A model generated the notes under the pieces. It ran no database searches and was not told where the DNA came from. It saw nothing but the letters and a program-made list of their open reading frames with translations. Below, piece by piece: positions 1-8,935 of a DNA stretch of 64,000 bases. The translations under genes and the position numbers were made by a program. The DNA comes from an uncultured virus (IMG/VR IMGVR_UViG_3300046678_000325) (taxonomy: Duplodnaviria > Heunggongvirae > Uroviricota > Caudoviricetes). The stretch is from the IMG/VR virus record IMGVR_UViG_3300046678_000325. One strand, given 5' to 3'. The first letter of the stretch is position 1, and the number at the start of each line of letters is the position of its first letter.

Positions 1-570
1 TTCAGAATACTTCGCTCTTTTGTTCCTACGGTTCCAGCATGTGTCACAGCCATCAGTGTAATTATTCAGCCTGCAACCACACTCTTTGCACGAGTCTTCG
101 GGGTCGATCAACCGCTTCTGATTGTGCGCCTTGGCTACAGGGTGAGCAGAGTATTCGTTCTTACGTCTGATTGAAATTAATTCAAGCATGACCGCACGAA
201 CGATCCGCTTCTGCACCTTCTGTTGTTTCAGCATGCAGACCTTCTGAATTGTTTCACGGGCCACGCCTGCACGACGGGCCAGCTCTGTCATTCCTACACG
301 AGACACTGCCTCCTGAAAATACAGGGTTACTTGGCGGCATTCGATGTAACCAACCACATAACCCGGAGACGCGCCGATCCTCTCCCAATTTTCACAGAGC
401 CGACACTTGGAACGCAATTTCCTTCCACTGCCCTTGTAGAAGTATTTCTCGTTGGCAGGCAGATAGACCGGCTCATCATGGGCGATCCCGGTACAACGCT
501 TGTGCCAGATTCCATTGACCCTCTTGTAATTGCCGTTGTTGACTTGTTGCTGTCTAGGTTGATTTTCCAA
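1..570 (-). CDS. Zn-finger/HTH DNA-binding protein (3' end runs off the window)
   Basis: Hand-translated open frame from TTG at 570, absent from the ORF track because it has no stop in the window. Contains CRLC, an HTH-like segment MTELARRAGVARETIQK and C-terminal CKEC...CDTC. Confidence 0.65.
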   Translation of the reverse strand, partial: MENQPRQQQVNNGNYKRVNGIWHKRCTGIAHDEPVYLPANEKYFYKGSGRKLRSKCRLCENWERIGASPGYVVGYIECRQVTLYFQEAVSRVGMTELARRAGVARETIQKVCMLKQQKVQKRIVRAVMLELISIRRKNEYSAHPVAKAHNQKRLIDPEDSCKECGCRLNNYTDGCDTCWNRRNKRAKYSE

Positions 571-832
571 GCGTAGCCCCCTTGTGATAAATGGAATTCA
601 CCTTCTGTCTGATCGTATTTCCCTTGCCTCGCTCCTCGGCCTTCTGCAAGAAGATACGAGTGCCCTCACTCTTCCCATACTCCTTGATGAAATTGGCATA
701 AGCCTTCTGTGCACCTGCCGACTGCTTTGAAATATCAAACGGTAATTCACTCATGGTCACGCGATCCATCTCAGTGCGACATAGAAAACGCAGCCAACGA
801 CCACGGCAACGAACCACCGAGGCGGGAGCCAA
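554..832 (-). CDS. hypothetical protein (true start probably MSELPF, about 754)
   Basis: ORF in a tightly packed minus-strand series. Confidence 0.5.
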   Translation of the reverse strand: MAPASVVRCRGRWLRFLCRTEMDRVTMSELPFDISKQSAGAQKAYANFIKEYGKSEGTRIFLQKAEERGKGNTIRQKVNSIYHKGATLGKST

Positions 833-1102
833 CTAGACACGGGGCGCTCGATTCTCGACCACGGCCCGTTCTGGCTCGATTAATTCCGCGCCCCAACCGG
901 AAAAGATGAACACCGGATCGCGGCCTGTAATTTCTCGGTAGGCTCGCGTGATCGCCTCACGCATCGGAAGGTCTGAGTTGTCCGGCAACAAACCACGCGG
1001 AATTTCACCGATCTTGCAATACCACGTTGCAGGATCAGGGCCGATACGTTGCTTCGCGGCAGTGCGATCGCCACAACTATTTTCATCATTTGAAATACTC
1101 AT
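833..1102 (-). CDS. hypothetical phage protein
   Basis: ORF with an AGGAGG-like RBS and ATGA overlap with the upstream ORF. Confidence 0.6.
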   Translation of the reverse strand: MSISNDENSCGDRTAAKQRIGPDPATWYCKIGEIPRGLLPDNSDLPMREAITRAYREITGRDPVFIFSGWGAELIEPERAVVENRAPRV

Positions 1103-1320
1103 TGCTTGATCCCTCCTACAGCGCTAGGTCGTAACTGCGCCTTCCAGATAATCCGACCGCGATAGATGAAACCGGCTTTTTCAATTACCTCATCGGTGCA
1201 ATGCCAATTACCTCTGTTGAGACCGGAAACCTCCATTACTTTTTCCGACGCCTTGCGCAACTCATCGGAGCATTCGATCTGTGTCTTACCCGTTCCCTCT
1301 AAACGAAACCTCGTGATCAT
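1099..1320 (-). CDS. hypothetical protein
   Basis: ORF, translationally coupled to its neighbour. Confidence 0.55.
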   Translation of the reverse strand: MITRFRLEGTGKTQIECSDELRKASEKVMEVSGLNRGNWHCTDEVIEKAGFIYRGRIIWKAQLRPSAVGGIKQ

Positions 1321-1333
1321 GTAATTTCACCGC

Positions 1334-1552
1334 TCACGGTGTAACGTCCCAAGCAGCGCGAGCGATCCCTAGATACATCGCCACGTCCTCAGGTGAGGCT
1401 GCTAGTCCACCGCGAGCCACGAACTCTTGCTCTAGCTTCTCTAGTGCGTCGTGTAGCTGCTGGTTCTCCGCCACAAGCGCGTCCAGGGCGTCGGCCGTCT
1501 CAAAGTAACCATGCGCCCTTGCATCCGCAGAGAGATTGGCATAGTCGTTCAT
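1334..1552 (-). CDS. hypothetical coiled-coil protein
   Basis: ORF with ATGA overlap. Confidence 0.55.
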   Translation of the reverse strand: MNDYANLSADARAHGYFETADALDALVAENQQLHDALEKLEQEFVARGGLAASPEDVAMYLGIARAAWDVTP

Positions 1553-1935
1553 CGGATCATCCGTCTTTCAATTTCATCATCGATCATGCCACGCGCCCGC
1601 TCTTCGTCTGCTTCGTACCGCGCCCTCTCTGCACGGAGCTTCGCTGTTTTCACTTTGATCGCCTCTTGAAACTCCGGGTAGTGGTATTTCATCCAGCCGT
1701 ACACACGGCCAAACACAAACCCGCTGAGGAAACTGACGATGATTGTGAAATATGTCATCGCAGCTCTGCAAGAATGCAAACGACACGACGAGGCTCGATC
1801 CCGTCCGGTATATCGAATCCCCACTCGCACCTGTCATTCCCCTGCACAGTTCTCTCCGCGCTGACGAAGATCGGTGCGACCTTGATCTTCATTCCGCCCT
1901 CGACTGTAATTTCAAACTCTTCGGGAGTTGTCTCT

Positions 1936-2184
1936 TCAGCCATTGTCGGTCTCCTTTTCAAGCCGCTGCTTTTCAACTTCCATCAGGTCTCCGATGAAAC
2001 CGGAAAGTTCTGCCATTGACATTACAACTTCGGTTGTAGTTAACACGGCATATTTCACTGTTACGACTTGCATGCCCGTGTCATCCTGTACCTCGTACCC
2101 AAACTCGACTTCCTGAATTTCCTCTACAGGAACGCTCTCGCGCATTGCTGCCCAATACGGAAGAGTCTTAGATAGATCAGCCAC
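1936..2184 (-). CDS. hypothetical protein
   Basis: ORF with GGAGG RBS, coupled to 2184..2456. Confidence 0.55.
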   Translation of the reverse strand: MADLSKTLPYWAAMRESVPVEEIQEVEFGYEVQDDTGMQVVTVKYAVLTTTEVVMSMAELSGFIGDLMEVEKQRLEKETDNG

Positions 2185-2456
2185 TAGATTCTACCTCCAT
2201 TTTGTTCTGCTGCTTGGTTGAGTATTTGCCGCACCATCTCCCACGGGTGATAGGACTTGCGAGGGAAATTTTTCAGACGGCCAACAAACCACGGCACTGA
2301 ACGCCGCTTCTTAAAGATCGTGTATTTGTAATTGCCCCTCCTGTGGTTGGTCATTGTAAGGATCACATCATTGGCGATGTGAATTTCACCAAGCAGTTCA
2401 TTCTCGTCGCCCATATCGAATCCGCCTGGAAGTAATTCCACTCTAACACGGATCAC
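2184..2456 (-). CDS. hypothetical phage protein
   Basis: ORF, coupled on both sides. Confidence 0.6.
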   Translation of the reverse strand: MIRVRVELLPGGFDMGDENELLGEIHIANDVILTMTNHRRGNYKYTIFKKRRSVPWFVGRLKNFPRKSYHPWEMVRQILNQAAEQNGGRI

Positions 2457-2710
2457 TGGACTGACTCCGTGAACAGGCCGATGATCCGCTTAACAGCGGT
2501 CATTTGTAATTCAGGAGAGTAGGTCTCGCTGGCTTCGCCCTCAGACCGCTTGGCAAGAGTTACAAGCAGGACGCGAATCAGCTCGACACATTCGATGTTG
2601 CTCAGCGCTGCAACCATGTCCCAAAATTTCGGAGGCATCTCCTTCATCTTGGAATTCACTTTGGGATCGAGAATCAGTTGCTCGATTTCATCCCTTATGG
2701 AATCAGCCAT
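2453..2710 (-). CDS. hypothetical protein (start MADSIRDE)
   Basis: AAGGAG RBS precedes the ATG at 2710; the upstream part of the track ORF lies in a structured leader. Confidence 0.55.
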   Translation of the reverse strand: MADSIRDEIEQLILDPKVNSKMKEMPPKFWDMVAALSNIECVELIRVLLVTLAKRSEGEASETYSPELQMTAVKRIIGLFTESVQ

Positions 2711-2910
2711 CCGGCTTCTCCTTTCGTGGCCCATCCGGGCGCTTATGTAATTGAGCCCCTCCCCCTGGCGAGAGGCGGTAGCCAAGGGGGAGGAGGCCAA
2801 CGGGGAAATTAAGAGAGAGGAACCACAGGGGTGAAGTCCCTCTCTCTAGTAAGCCATCACCACAGCGTAGGCGTTCCCCAACGTCACGCTCACGATCAGG
2901 CCCAGCCGGA

Positions 2911-2940
2911 AGTAAAGCAGACGGAGCACGATCGTGTCAA
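2911..2940 (-). promoter_or_regulatory. sigma70-type promoter TTGACA-18-TTTACT
   Basis: Consensus -35 and -10-like hexamer, mostly intergenic. Confidence 0.55.
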
Positions 2941-3314
2941 GCCTCACTGAAGACCCCGTGCTCGATGTAGCCATGCCAAGACGTACCTCCGCGTGAAACG
3001 AGAATCGAGTTGGACGAACCATCACCCGGCCGCACTGAGATTGTCCCGTCCTCGTGCTCTCTCACAGTGTGAAAATCGAGGTTGCCGATCGCGTAACCTT
3101 CACCCAGCGGCACTACGACCCGCCAGCATTCCTCGGTTAATTTCCCTCCGTGATGGACGATCTTTGGCTTGTCATCTTGATCGAGAACTTTCCAGTATGC
3201 GCCGACTTGAAAGTTGCCGATTTTCACATCATCCTCACGCGCGTCCCGAAGACGTTGACCTTGAAATTCATTCATGCGTCTACCCAGCGCCCCTGTCGAA
3301 TGTAGCCGTGGCAA
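2937..3314 (-). CDS. DUF6527-like protein (probable start MNEFQG)
   Basis: C-terminal motif HEDGTISV...SIL...WHGYIEHGVF. Confidence 0.55.
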   Translation of the reverse strand: MPRLHSTGALGRRMNEFQGQRLRDAREDDVKIGNFQVGAYWKVLDQDDKPKIVHHGGKLTEECWRVVVPLGEGYAIGNLDFHTVREHEDGTISVRPGDGSSNSILVSRGGTSWHGYIEHGVFSEA

Positions 3315-3619
3315 CAGCCAGTGTCGATCGAGGGGCTGAGAGTCAACGGCTCTTCCACTTCAACGCTCCACCAAGTTGCGCCTTTGAAAATTTCAGTGTA
3401 CGCCTTGCCGCGATAGAGATGGCACACGCCGTCTTTGCCGTGAGGACAAGTCAGGATGATGCAGATGCGATTCGCGTCTGGAATTTCCTTGTACCTCTCG
3501 TTGTTTGCCGGGATCGACCTGTCCGGTGCCCACGATGCAAAGCGGAATGAGAAACCCTCGCCAAGATCGAATGGACTCTTGGAGTCTGGGTACTGAGAGA
3601 ATTCCAAAACATCACCCAT
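3272..3619 (-). CDS. DUF6527-like protein
   Basis: Motif W...PLTLSPSI...CHGYIRQGRW. Confidence 0.65.
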   Translation of the reverse strand: MGDVLEFSQYPDSKSPFDLGEGFSFRFASWAPDRSIPANNERYKEIPDANRICIILTCPHGKDGVCHLYRGKAYTEIFKGATWWSVEVEEPLTLSPSIDTGCCHGYIRQGRWVDA

Positions 3620-4023
3620 CAGATGAGCACCGTCCGCTTGATTGGCTCGCCCTTTTCATCGAGCTGCTGTGTAATCCAACACGTCATCGCATACGTGCGG
3701 TTTTCGCTGGTCGGAGTGTCGTAGGGCATCGCTGCATTCTGAGACGAGTCGTACACGATCGGATCGGCAGCAAAGCGGAATCGGTTGTCGTTCTGAAACG
3801 TCGAGATAATTTCACCGACTGTAGTTACAACCTTCTCGTCGTAGTCCATCACGAACGTTCCATTGTTCACTTCAACTCTGAACATCATCCCTCCTTGTGT
3901 TGAAATTTTGCAGGATCGATCGGCACGAGCAAGTAGTAGCCGAGCAGAAAAATGTCGTTGTCCTTCGTACCTTTGACCGTTCCACCGGGATTGTAAACGC
4001 AGCGATGATTCTTCATCACGCAA
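3619..4023 (-). CDS. hypothetical protein (probable start MMFRVEV, about 3888)
   Basis: ORF with GGAGG RBS before the internal ATG. Confidence 0.5.
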   Translation of the reverse strand: MRDEESSLRLQSRWNGQRYEGQRHFSARLLLARADRSCKISTQGGMMFRVEVNNGTFVMDYDEKVVTTVGEIISTFQNDNRFRFAADPIVYDSSQNAAMPYDTPTSENRTYAMTCWITQQLDEKGEPIKRTVLI

Positions 4024-4394
4024 ACGTGATAGATTTCATTATCAACGATCCACTCGACACGCGCGATCCGTGCAAACCAATATCCATGCGGAGGCCACGA
4101 CTCATCAGGCTCAGACTTCTCAGTTTGAAATTGAGCAAACTGAATCGGTCTGCAAGTCGTGTAGTAGAGATGGTAGCCCCTCTTCTTCAACCACTTCTGA
4201 ATCGCGGCATACCAAAGAGCAGCATCATACGACTTGTCTTCAAAGAAGTCTGGAATTTCCTCAATGGGAATCTCCAAGACTGAGGCGAGACTGACAGCCA
4301 TGCAGTCGTTCTTGTGCCGAGGAATCGCATTGATCATTTCAGACCCAGCTCCTTCGCGGCAGTCACCATGTCGTCCGCTGCATTGTTGATCCAC
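3885..4394 (-). CDS. papain-fold (C39-like) peptidase-like protein (probable start MINAIP, about 4337)
   Basis: NDCMAVSLASVLE...HVCV...VYNP Cys/His pattern. Confidence 0.5.
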   Translation of the reverse strand: MDQQCSGRHGDCREGAGSEMINAIPRHKNDCMAVSLASVLEIPIEEIPDFFEDKSYDAALWYAAIQKWLKKRGYHLYYTTCRPIQFAQFQTEKSEPDESWPPHGYWFARIARVEWIVDNEIYHVCVMKNHRCVYNPGGTVKGTKDNDIFLLGYYLLVPIDPAKFQHKEG

Positions 4395-4780
4395 GAATCG
4401 TAGCCGTGTTCTCGATCCATTGTGCAGTCAGGAACGCGGCAGAAGATTTCATGCGCGAGGTTGATGTGACAGAGAGGACAGAACGGCCAAGTACGACCTT
4501 CGTATCCTGGAATTCCCTCGATGGGTTGTTCCTCATCCGAAGCGACCATGACGTAAAGAGGATTGCCACCTTGCTTCTGCACAAGATCAGCCGCGTTATT
4601 TGAAATTGCAAACATCGCGCCCATCAACGGATCGAAGGTTGTAGGTGTTGCCTTTCCGTCTTCAATCTGCTTCGCAAGCATTGCGGCGACTGTTTCACCG
4701 TCGGGGGCGACTAGATCGGTGAGACCACGATCGTCGATCGCCTTTTTCAGCATGTCCCAATGTCCTTGACAGAAATTCAT
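4334..4780 (-). CDS. hypothetical protein with CPLC motif
   Basis: ORF, coupled. Confidence 0.6.
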   Translation of the reverse strand: MNFCQGHWDMLKKAIDDRGLTDLVAPDGETVAAMLAKQIEDGKATPTTFDPLMGAMFAISNNAADLVQKQGGNPLYVMVASDEEQPIEGIPGYEGRTWPFCPLCHINLAHEIFCRVPDCTMDREHGYDSWINNAADDMVTAAKELGLK

Positions 4781-5052
4781 GAGCGAGCCTTCGGCGGTTC
4801 GCCTTCACCAATGAAGATCAGATCGAGACTAGGGCGAAAGCCGGGATGAGAGATTTCAAAGTGGGCTTCAACCATCCCCATCTCAGCCTTCTCGGGAAAC
4901 GGCTGTCCACAGTTGTGACAAGCCATGATGAAGTCGTCGCCATGTGAAATTCCATTCTCTTCACACAGGTTCTTCAATACACGCTTCACTTGCTCGTACA
5001 GCTTGATTGCTTCTTCGTTCGTCATACGGCCTCTCTTTCTGAAACGTTGCAC
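4777..5052 (-). CDS. hypothetical C2H2-like Zn-finger protein
   Basis: CHNC...HFEISH; first gene after the promoter at 5092-5121. Confidence 0.55.
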   Translation of the reverse strand: MQRFRKRGRMTNEEAIKLYEQVKRVLKNLCEENGISHGDDFIMACHNCGQPFPEKAEMGMVEAHFEISHPGFRPSLDLIFIGEGEPPKARS

Positions 5053-5091
5053 AGCACCGTGAGCGGGAAGCTGTGGCCTTTGGAGATACGA

Positions 5092-5121
5092 AAGGTACTA
5101 GAGAACCCCCCTAGTCGTCAA
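5092..5121 (-). promoter_or_regulatory. sigma70-type promoter TTGACG-18-TACCTT
   Basis: Hexamers upstream of the minus-strand operon. Confidence 0.5.
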
Positions 5122-5240
5122 GTCGGTGAAACGTCTCCTATGGGCTTGCATCCCGACTCCAAAAAATACCCCCAAATGAAATTTGAAAACGCTTGTTTCT
5201 GGCTCGTACATGCCGACGCCTTCTTCATTCAAACTGAAAA

Positions 5241-5280
5241 TACGGTATATCAGTACGCGATCTACGGTGTATCAGTACGC
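5241..5280. repeat. 18-bp tandem direct repeat TACGGT(A/G)TATCAGTACGC x2
   Basis: 5241-5258 and 5263-5280, one mismatch, 22-bp period. Confidence 0.85.
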
Positions 5281-5519
5281 CCCGGCGGAATACCCCTCGG
5301 TAGGTCGTCCGATTCCTGAAATCCGGTGAATTTCACTTTGTGCCCATTTGCAGGGGTTTTAGTGAAATTGATCGAACGCCTGTTTGCCTCGCAAAGCCGC
5401 ATGGTTACGTGGGTCATGGAATTACATTTCAGGGTCTAGCCCGCATTCCGCTGATGCTTAGGCGATGTGCTGATGTGCCCACGGAGATAGGGGTCTGAGC
5501 AGTGATCCCTGAAACGTTC

Positions 5520-6180
5520 TCAGTCCCTCTAGGCCATTGGTATAACCATGCAGGCACTCCCTCCCCGCTCTAGGTCACTAGCCTGTAATTCGCCATAGGT
5601 TCGGCGCGTATCAGCACTAGGGTGCAGTGGCGATCTAGTAGCAATCTTGGAATGGCCTAGGATTACACTCCCGGACTGAAATACAGGCTAGGGCGGAAGG
5701 GTAATTTAGTGCCCCGAAACCGCTTGATTCAGTGAGGCGCTGAGGAGCGTTCTGCCGCACTAGCTGAGCCTTGTTAGGTCTGACTCTCCCTGCCCCGCCG
5801 ATCGGCCGTAGCGAAGCGCTGAGACGCTGCTAGCAGGCAGTCATTCAGGACGATTCCAGCGGGGATAGCTGAGCCTCCCTCGCGGGCGGGGCGAATGGAT
5901 CAATTTCCAATGCGGGAATGATCGTTTGACGGTAGTGAAATTCTCGGCTACCATCCGCGGCGTAGTCGATAGCTTGAACCGTTGGCAGGCAGTCAACGGC
6001 GGCCGATTTTTCACTAGGTCGCCAATCGTGCCCGAGCCGCAGTAACGGGAACGGCGCAAGAGCTAGGAACGATCATCCGGCGGATACTTGTCGCCTGCGA
6101 TTTCAACAATCGGCGGACGGATGGAAACGGCCTAGCTCGCTGAGCTTGAAATGAGGCGGTTTAGTGAAGCTTCGGCGGAA
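5520..6180 (+). ncRNA. long structured non-coding leader of the plus-strand island (candidate structured RNA)
   Basis: No credible ORF; many perfect 7-11 bp helices, both local and with 8936-9251. Confidence 0.45.
6140..6180 (+). repeat. inverted repeat 1, left arm (pairs with 7442-7482)
   Basis: 41 nt: 37 Watson-Crick, 3 G-U, 1 A-G. Confidence 0.95.
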
Positions 6181-6209
6181 TTCCATTCCGACACTGAGGA
6201 GCTTTCACA

Positions 6210-7406
6210 ATGACCAAGCATCATGGCACTGCGACTGATTGGCGGGCAGGCAGTAAGCGGCGGATGATCGCCGAGCTTGCTGAGCTTGGAAGGACAAAGC
6301 GCGAGACTTACGCCGCACTGCGGCCGATGGTCGAAGGACAAAGCGCGCCGATGATCTTTTCAGCGAACGTCAATGGTCGCCGCACTCCTAAGCCGATTTC
6401 GTTGCAGCTTGTTGAGCTGAAAAACGAAATTGGTCGGGTCTTCGCCCTGCTAGGTCGGGCGGAATCCGCCGCGTGGGAATCGGCCGAGACTGAGCCGAAT
6501 GAAATTCCCGACGCTGAGGATGAGACCGAGAACGAGGAGGATGATGAGACCGAGGAAACGAAATCTCCCAAGGCTATCGGGAAGGATCGCGTTAATTCGG
6601 AGCTAGACCACTTCCTCCGTGAGGTACGGCGCATTCGCACACTGTGCGAACGGCGCGCCGAGACCGGAGCCGCGTTGGATTCAATTTCAATGCGGCCTGC
6701 ACAAGCGGCCGGACGTTTGATCCCTGCGGGGATTCCGGCCGCCGCACTATTGCATTCAATGCTCCTGCACTGGTCGCCGGAAATTCGGCGTAGCGATGCA
6801 GGGGTGCCCGATTTCGATTACACGGCGCTATCCGCTGAAATCATGCGGGATCGTGGAATCGATTCGGCCGGACGACATGAGCTTTTCGGCTACGTGCTCA
6901 CTCTCGCTGAGGAGCGACAGCCGGTTATGTTGATCGGCCCTGCGGGAACGGGAAAATCTCGCCTATGTAAACAGGTCTCGGAGTATTTGGAGATTCCCTA
7001 CGGGGAAACGCCGATGACTCCGGGCGCTACACGGGGAGATTTACTCGGTCGGATGACTGCAAACCCGAATGAGCCGTTTATCCTCAGCCAATTCGCCGAA
7101 ATCTATTCCGGCGGAGGGGTTTTCAATTTCGAGGAAATCGACGCGGCCGATCCGGGAATGCTGCTAGTCCTGAACAATGCACTAGCCGGAGATGAGCTTT
7201 TCAATTCGGCGAATGGTCAGCGCTACGGACGAAACGCTGATTTCGTAGCGATGGCGACTGCGAACACGTTCGGAATCGGGGCTAATCGGGAATTCACCGG
7301 CCGCGAAAAGCTTGACGCTGCAACGATCGATCGTTGGCGGATGGGTCGCGTTTTCCTGCCGCTGGACGAAACGATTGAAGAGGGTTTGCTCTACGGAACC
7401 CTGTAG
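6210..7406 (+). CDS. AAA+ ATPase, MoxR/CbbQ/CobS-like
   Basis: Walker A GPAGTGKS, Walker B FNFEEID, sensor ATANTFG, arginine finger LDAATIDRW; GAGGAG RBS. Confidence 0.9.
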   Translation: MTKHHGTATDWRAGSKRRMIAELAELGRTKRETYAALRPMVEGQSAPMIFSANVNGRRTPKPISLQLVELKNEIGRVFALLGRAESAAWESAETEPNEIPDAEDETENEEDDETEETKSPKAIGKDRVNSELDHFLREVRRIRTLCERRAETGAALDSISMRPAQAAGRLIPAGIPAAALLHSMLLHWSPEIRRSDAGVPDFDYTALSAEIMRDRGIDSAGRHELFGYVLTLAEERQPVMLIGPAGTGKSRLCKQVSEYLEIPYGETPMTPGATRGDLLGRMTANPNEPFILSQFAEIYSGGGVFNFEEIDAADPGMLLVLNNALAGDELFNSANGQRYGRNADFVAMATANTFGIGANREFTGREKLDAATIDRWRMGRVFLPLDETIEEGLLYGTL

Positions 7407-7441
7407 GACGCACTGAGGAGCGTTTTACGGCGCTTCTGACC

Positions 7442-7482
7442 TTCCGCCGGAGCTTCACTAAGCCGCCGCGTTTCAAGCTCAG
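7442..7482 (+). repeat. inverted repeat 1, right arm
   Basis: Reverse complement of 6140-6180. Confidence 0.95.
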
Positions 7483-7520
7483 AGAGTGTGACTAGGCAAC
7501 GGGGATGACTTCGCCCGGAT
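7482..7520 (+). repeat. inverted repeat 2, left arm (pairs with 8566-8603)
   Basis: 7482-7504 is a perfect 23-bp complement of 8581-8603; extends inward with G-U pairs, one mismatch and a bulge. Confidence 0.95.
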
Positions 7521-7551
7521 AGCTAAACCTTCCGATAGGAGAATTTCCACA

Positions 7552-8562
7552 ATGCCTAGAGCAATGACTGCTAGATACGCGGGCCGTTGCAGAACGTGCG
7601 GGAAATCGATCAATCCGGGCGATGCAATTATCTACGCCGGGAAACGAAATTCCCGCCATGCGGCTTGCGTCGGAGGATCGAACGCGGGAACGAGTGAAAT
7701 TCCCACTAGCTCGTCCTCCGAAAAAAGCGGCGTCGGACACTTCACGATCGATTGGGCGGATTTGAAAGATTCCGTTGTAGCATCGATTGAAAAGAAGTCT
7801 ACGCCGAAATTCCACGTTTCCAAGAACGGGAAAACGTGGGCGCACGTAACGCAAGAGGAATCAGAGTCATTCCGTGGCTACTCACTGACCCAAGCAAAAG
7901 ATTGGGCAGTGAATGGTTATGAGTCAGACTCATTGGCGGGAATTTCGGATTTCGCCCCGCCAATCCGCGAAAAGCGGCGATTTGTTCACACTGACGACGG
8001 GGACGAAATCGACCTATCCGCAGCTTGGGCAGGAGATGACGATTTCATGACTCAGTGGACAAAGCGGGATGCAATTCCGGGAATAGCGATTGAGTTTTTC
8101 GTCAATCTCTATGCCGGGGTTTCAGCCGCCGTAGTGAACAAATACATTCATTGGATCGCGCAAGCGATTTTCGCTATTGAAGCGGCCGGGATCGATCCGG
8201 AAATTTCAATGGGCATTCACAGTGAATGGAATTGGTCGCGCGCGCATAAAAGCGGATATACGAAAGTCCGCGTAAAGCGTGAGGGCGAAACAGTAGATTC
8301 CACTTATTGGTCAGCGATGGTAAGTCCTGCCGCGTTTCGCACGTTTGGATTCGCTGCAATTATCCTCGCAGCTGATTCGGTCGGATGCCATTCCGATATG
8401 GGAATCGATTCACCGAATCGCACTGATTCTTGGGATGTGAAATTCGATCCCGAGACTCAGACGATCATGGTAATGAGTCCGTGGGATTCTGGGAATTTCC
8501 CTGAAGCGGAGATGACCGAAAAACTACGGGCGGCGATCGAAGTTCTGAAAAAAGGAAACTAA
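7552..8562 (+). CDS. N-terminal Zn-ribbon plus VWA/CobT-like partner of the AAA+ ATPase
   Basis: CRTCGKSI...HAAC; C-terminal alpha/beta region; follows a MoxR-type ATPase; AGGAG RBS. Confidence 0.65.
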   Translation: MPRAMTARYAGRCRTCGKSINPGDAIIYAGKRNSRHAACVGGSNAGTSEIPTSSSSEKSGVGHFTIDWADLKDSVVASIEKKSTPKFHVSKNGKTWAHVTQEESESFRGYSLTQAKDWAVNGYESDSLAGISDFAPPIREKRRFVHTDDGDEIDLSAAWAGDDDFMTQWTKRDAIPGIAIEFFVNLYAGVSAAVVNKYIHWIAQAIFAIEAAGIDPEISMGIHSEWNWSRAHKSGYTKVRVKREGETVDSTYWSAMVSPAAFRTFGFAAIILAADSVGCHSDMGIDSPNRTDSWDVKFDPETQTIMVMSPWDSGNFPEAEMTEKLRAAIEVLKKGN

Positions 8563-8565
8563 CCG

Positions 8566-8603
8566 ATTCGGGGAAGTTAGCCCCGTTGCCTAGTCACACT
8601 CTC
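8566..8603 (+). repeat. inverted repeat 2, right arm
   Basis: Reverse complement of 7482-7520. Confidence 0.95.
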
Positions 8604-8606
8604 CCG

Positions 8607-8632
8607 AATTTGTTTAGGTAAGCTCGCGGCGG
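8607..8632 (+). repeat. inverted repeat 3, left arm (pairs with 8909-8934)
   Basis: 26 nt: 24 Watson-Crick + 2 G-U. Confidence 0.95.
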
Positions 8633-8660
8633 AATTTCCTTCCGAACGAAAGGCATTCCA

Positions 8661-8876
8661 ATGATCCGCGAGCTTGATACCCGCACTGACACTTTCGTAA
8701 CCGTTTCCCTACTTTGGGACGATGAGACGGACGAAACCCTGATCGAACTTTGCAGCGAGGAGAACGAGGAAATTTTTCCCGTTCCGCACGAGGACGCTGC
8801 AAAGGCATTCCATCATCCGTTCGTATACGCGGCGGGAATTTCCGCCCGGCGGGAACGTATCCCGTCGTCCGTGTAA
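8661..8876 (+). CDS. small acidic hypothetical protein
   Basis: GAAAGG RBS; motif VSLLWD...AFHHPFVYA. Confidence 0.75.
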   Translation: MIRELDTRTDTFVTVSLLWDDETDETLIELCSEENEEIFPVPHEDAAKAFHHPFVYAAGISARRERIPSSV

Positions 8877-8908
8877 TTCCGGCGTAGCTAGCAGCTAGTC
8901 CAATCCTG

Positions 8909-8934
8909 CCGCCGCGAGCTTACCTAAGCGAATT
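8909..8934 (+). repeat. inverted repeat 3, right arm
   Basis: Reverse complement of 8607-8632. Confidence 0.95.
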
Positions 8935-8935
8935 T

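Noticed and set aside
5740..7424. CTGAGGAG (CUGANGA-like) at about 5740, 6195 and 7413 as hammerhead ribozyme cores
   Set aside because: No stem II followed by GAAA in any copy; the 6195 copy is simply the RBS.
6140..8934. Inverted repeats as IS/transposon ends, integron attC sites or shufflon sites
   Set aside because: The three pairs share no sequence, there are no target-site duplications and no transposase or recombinase is seen in the window; strand-specific G-U bias favours single-stranded pairing.
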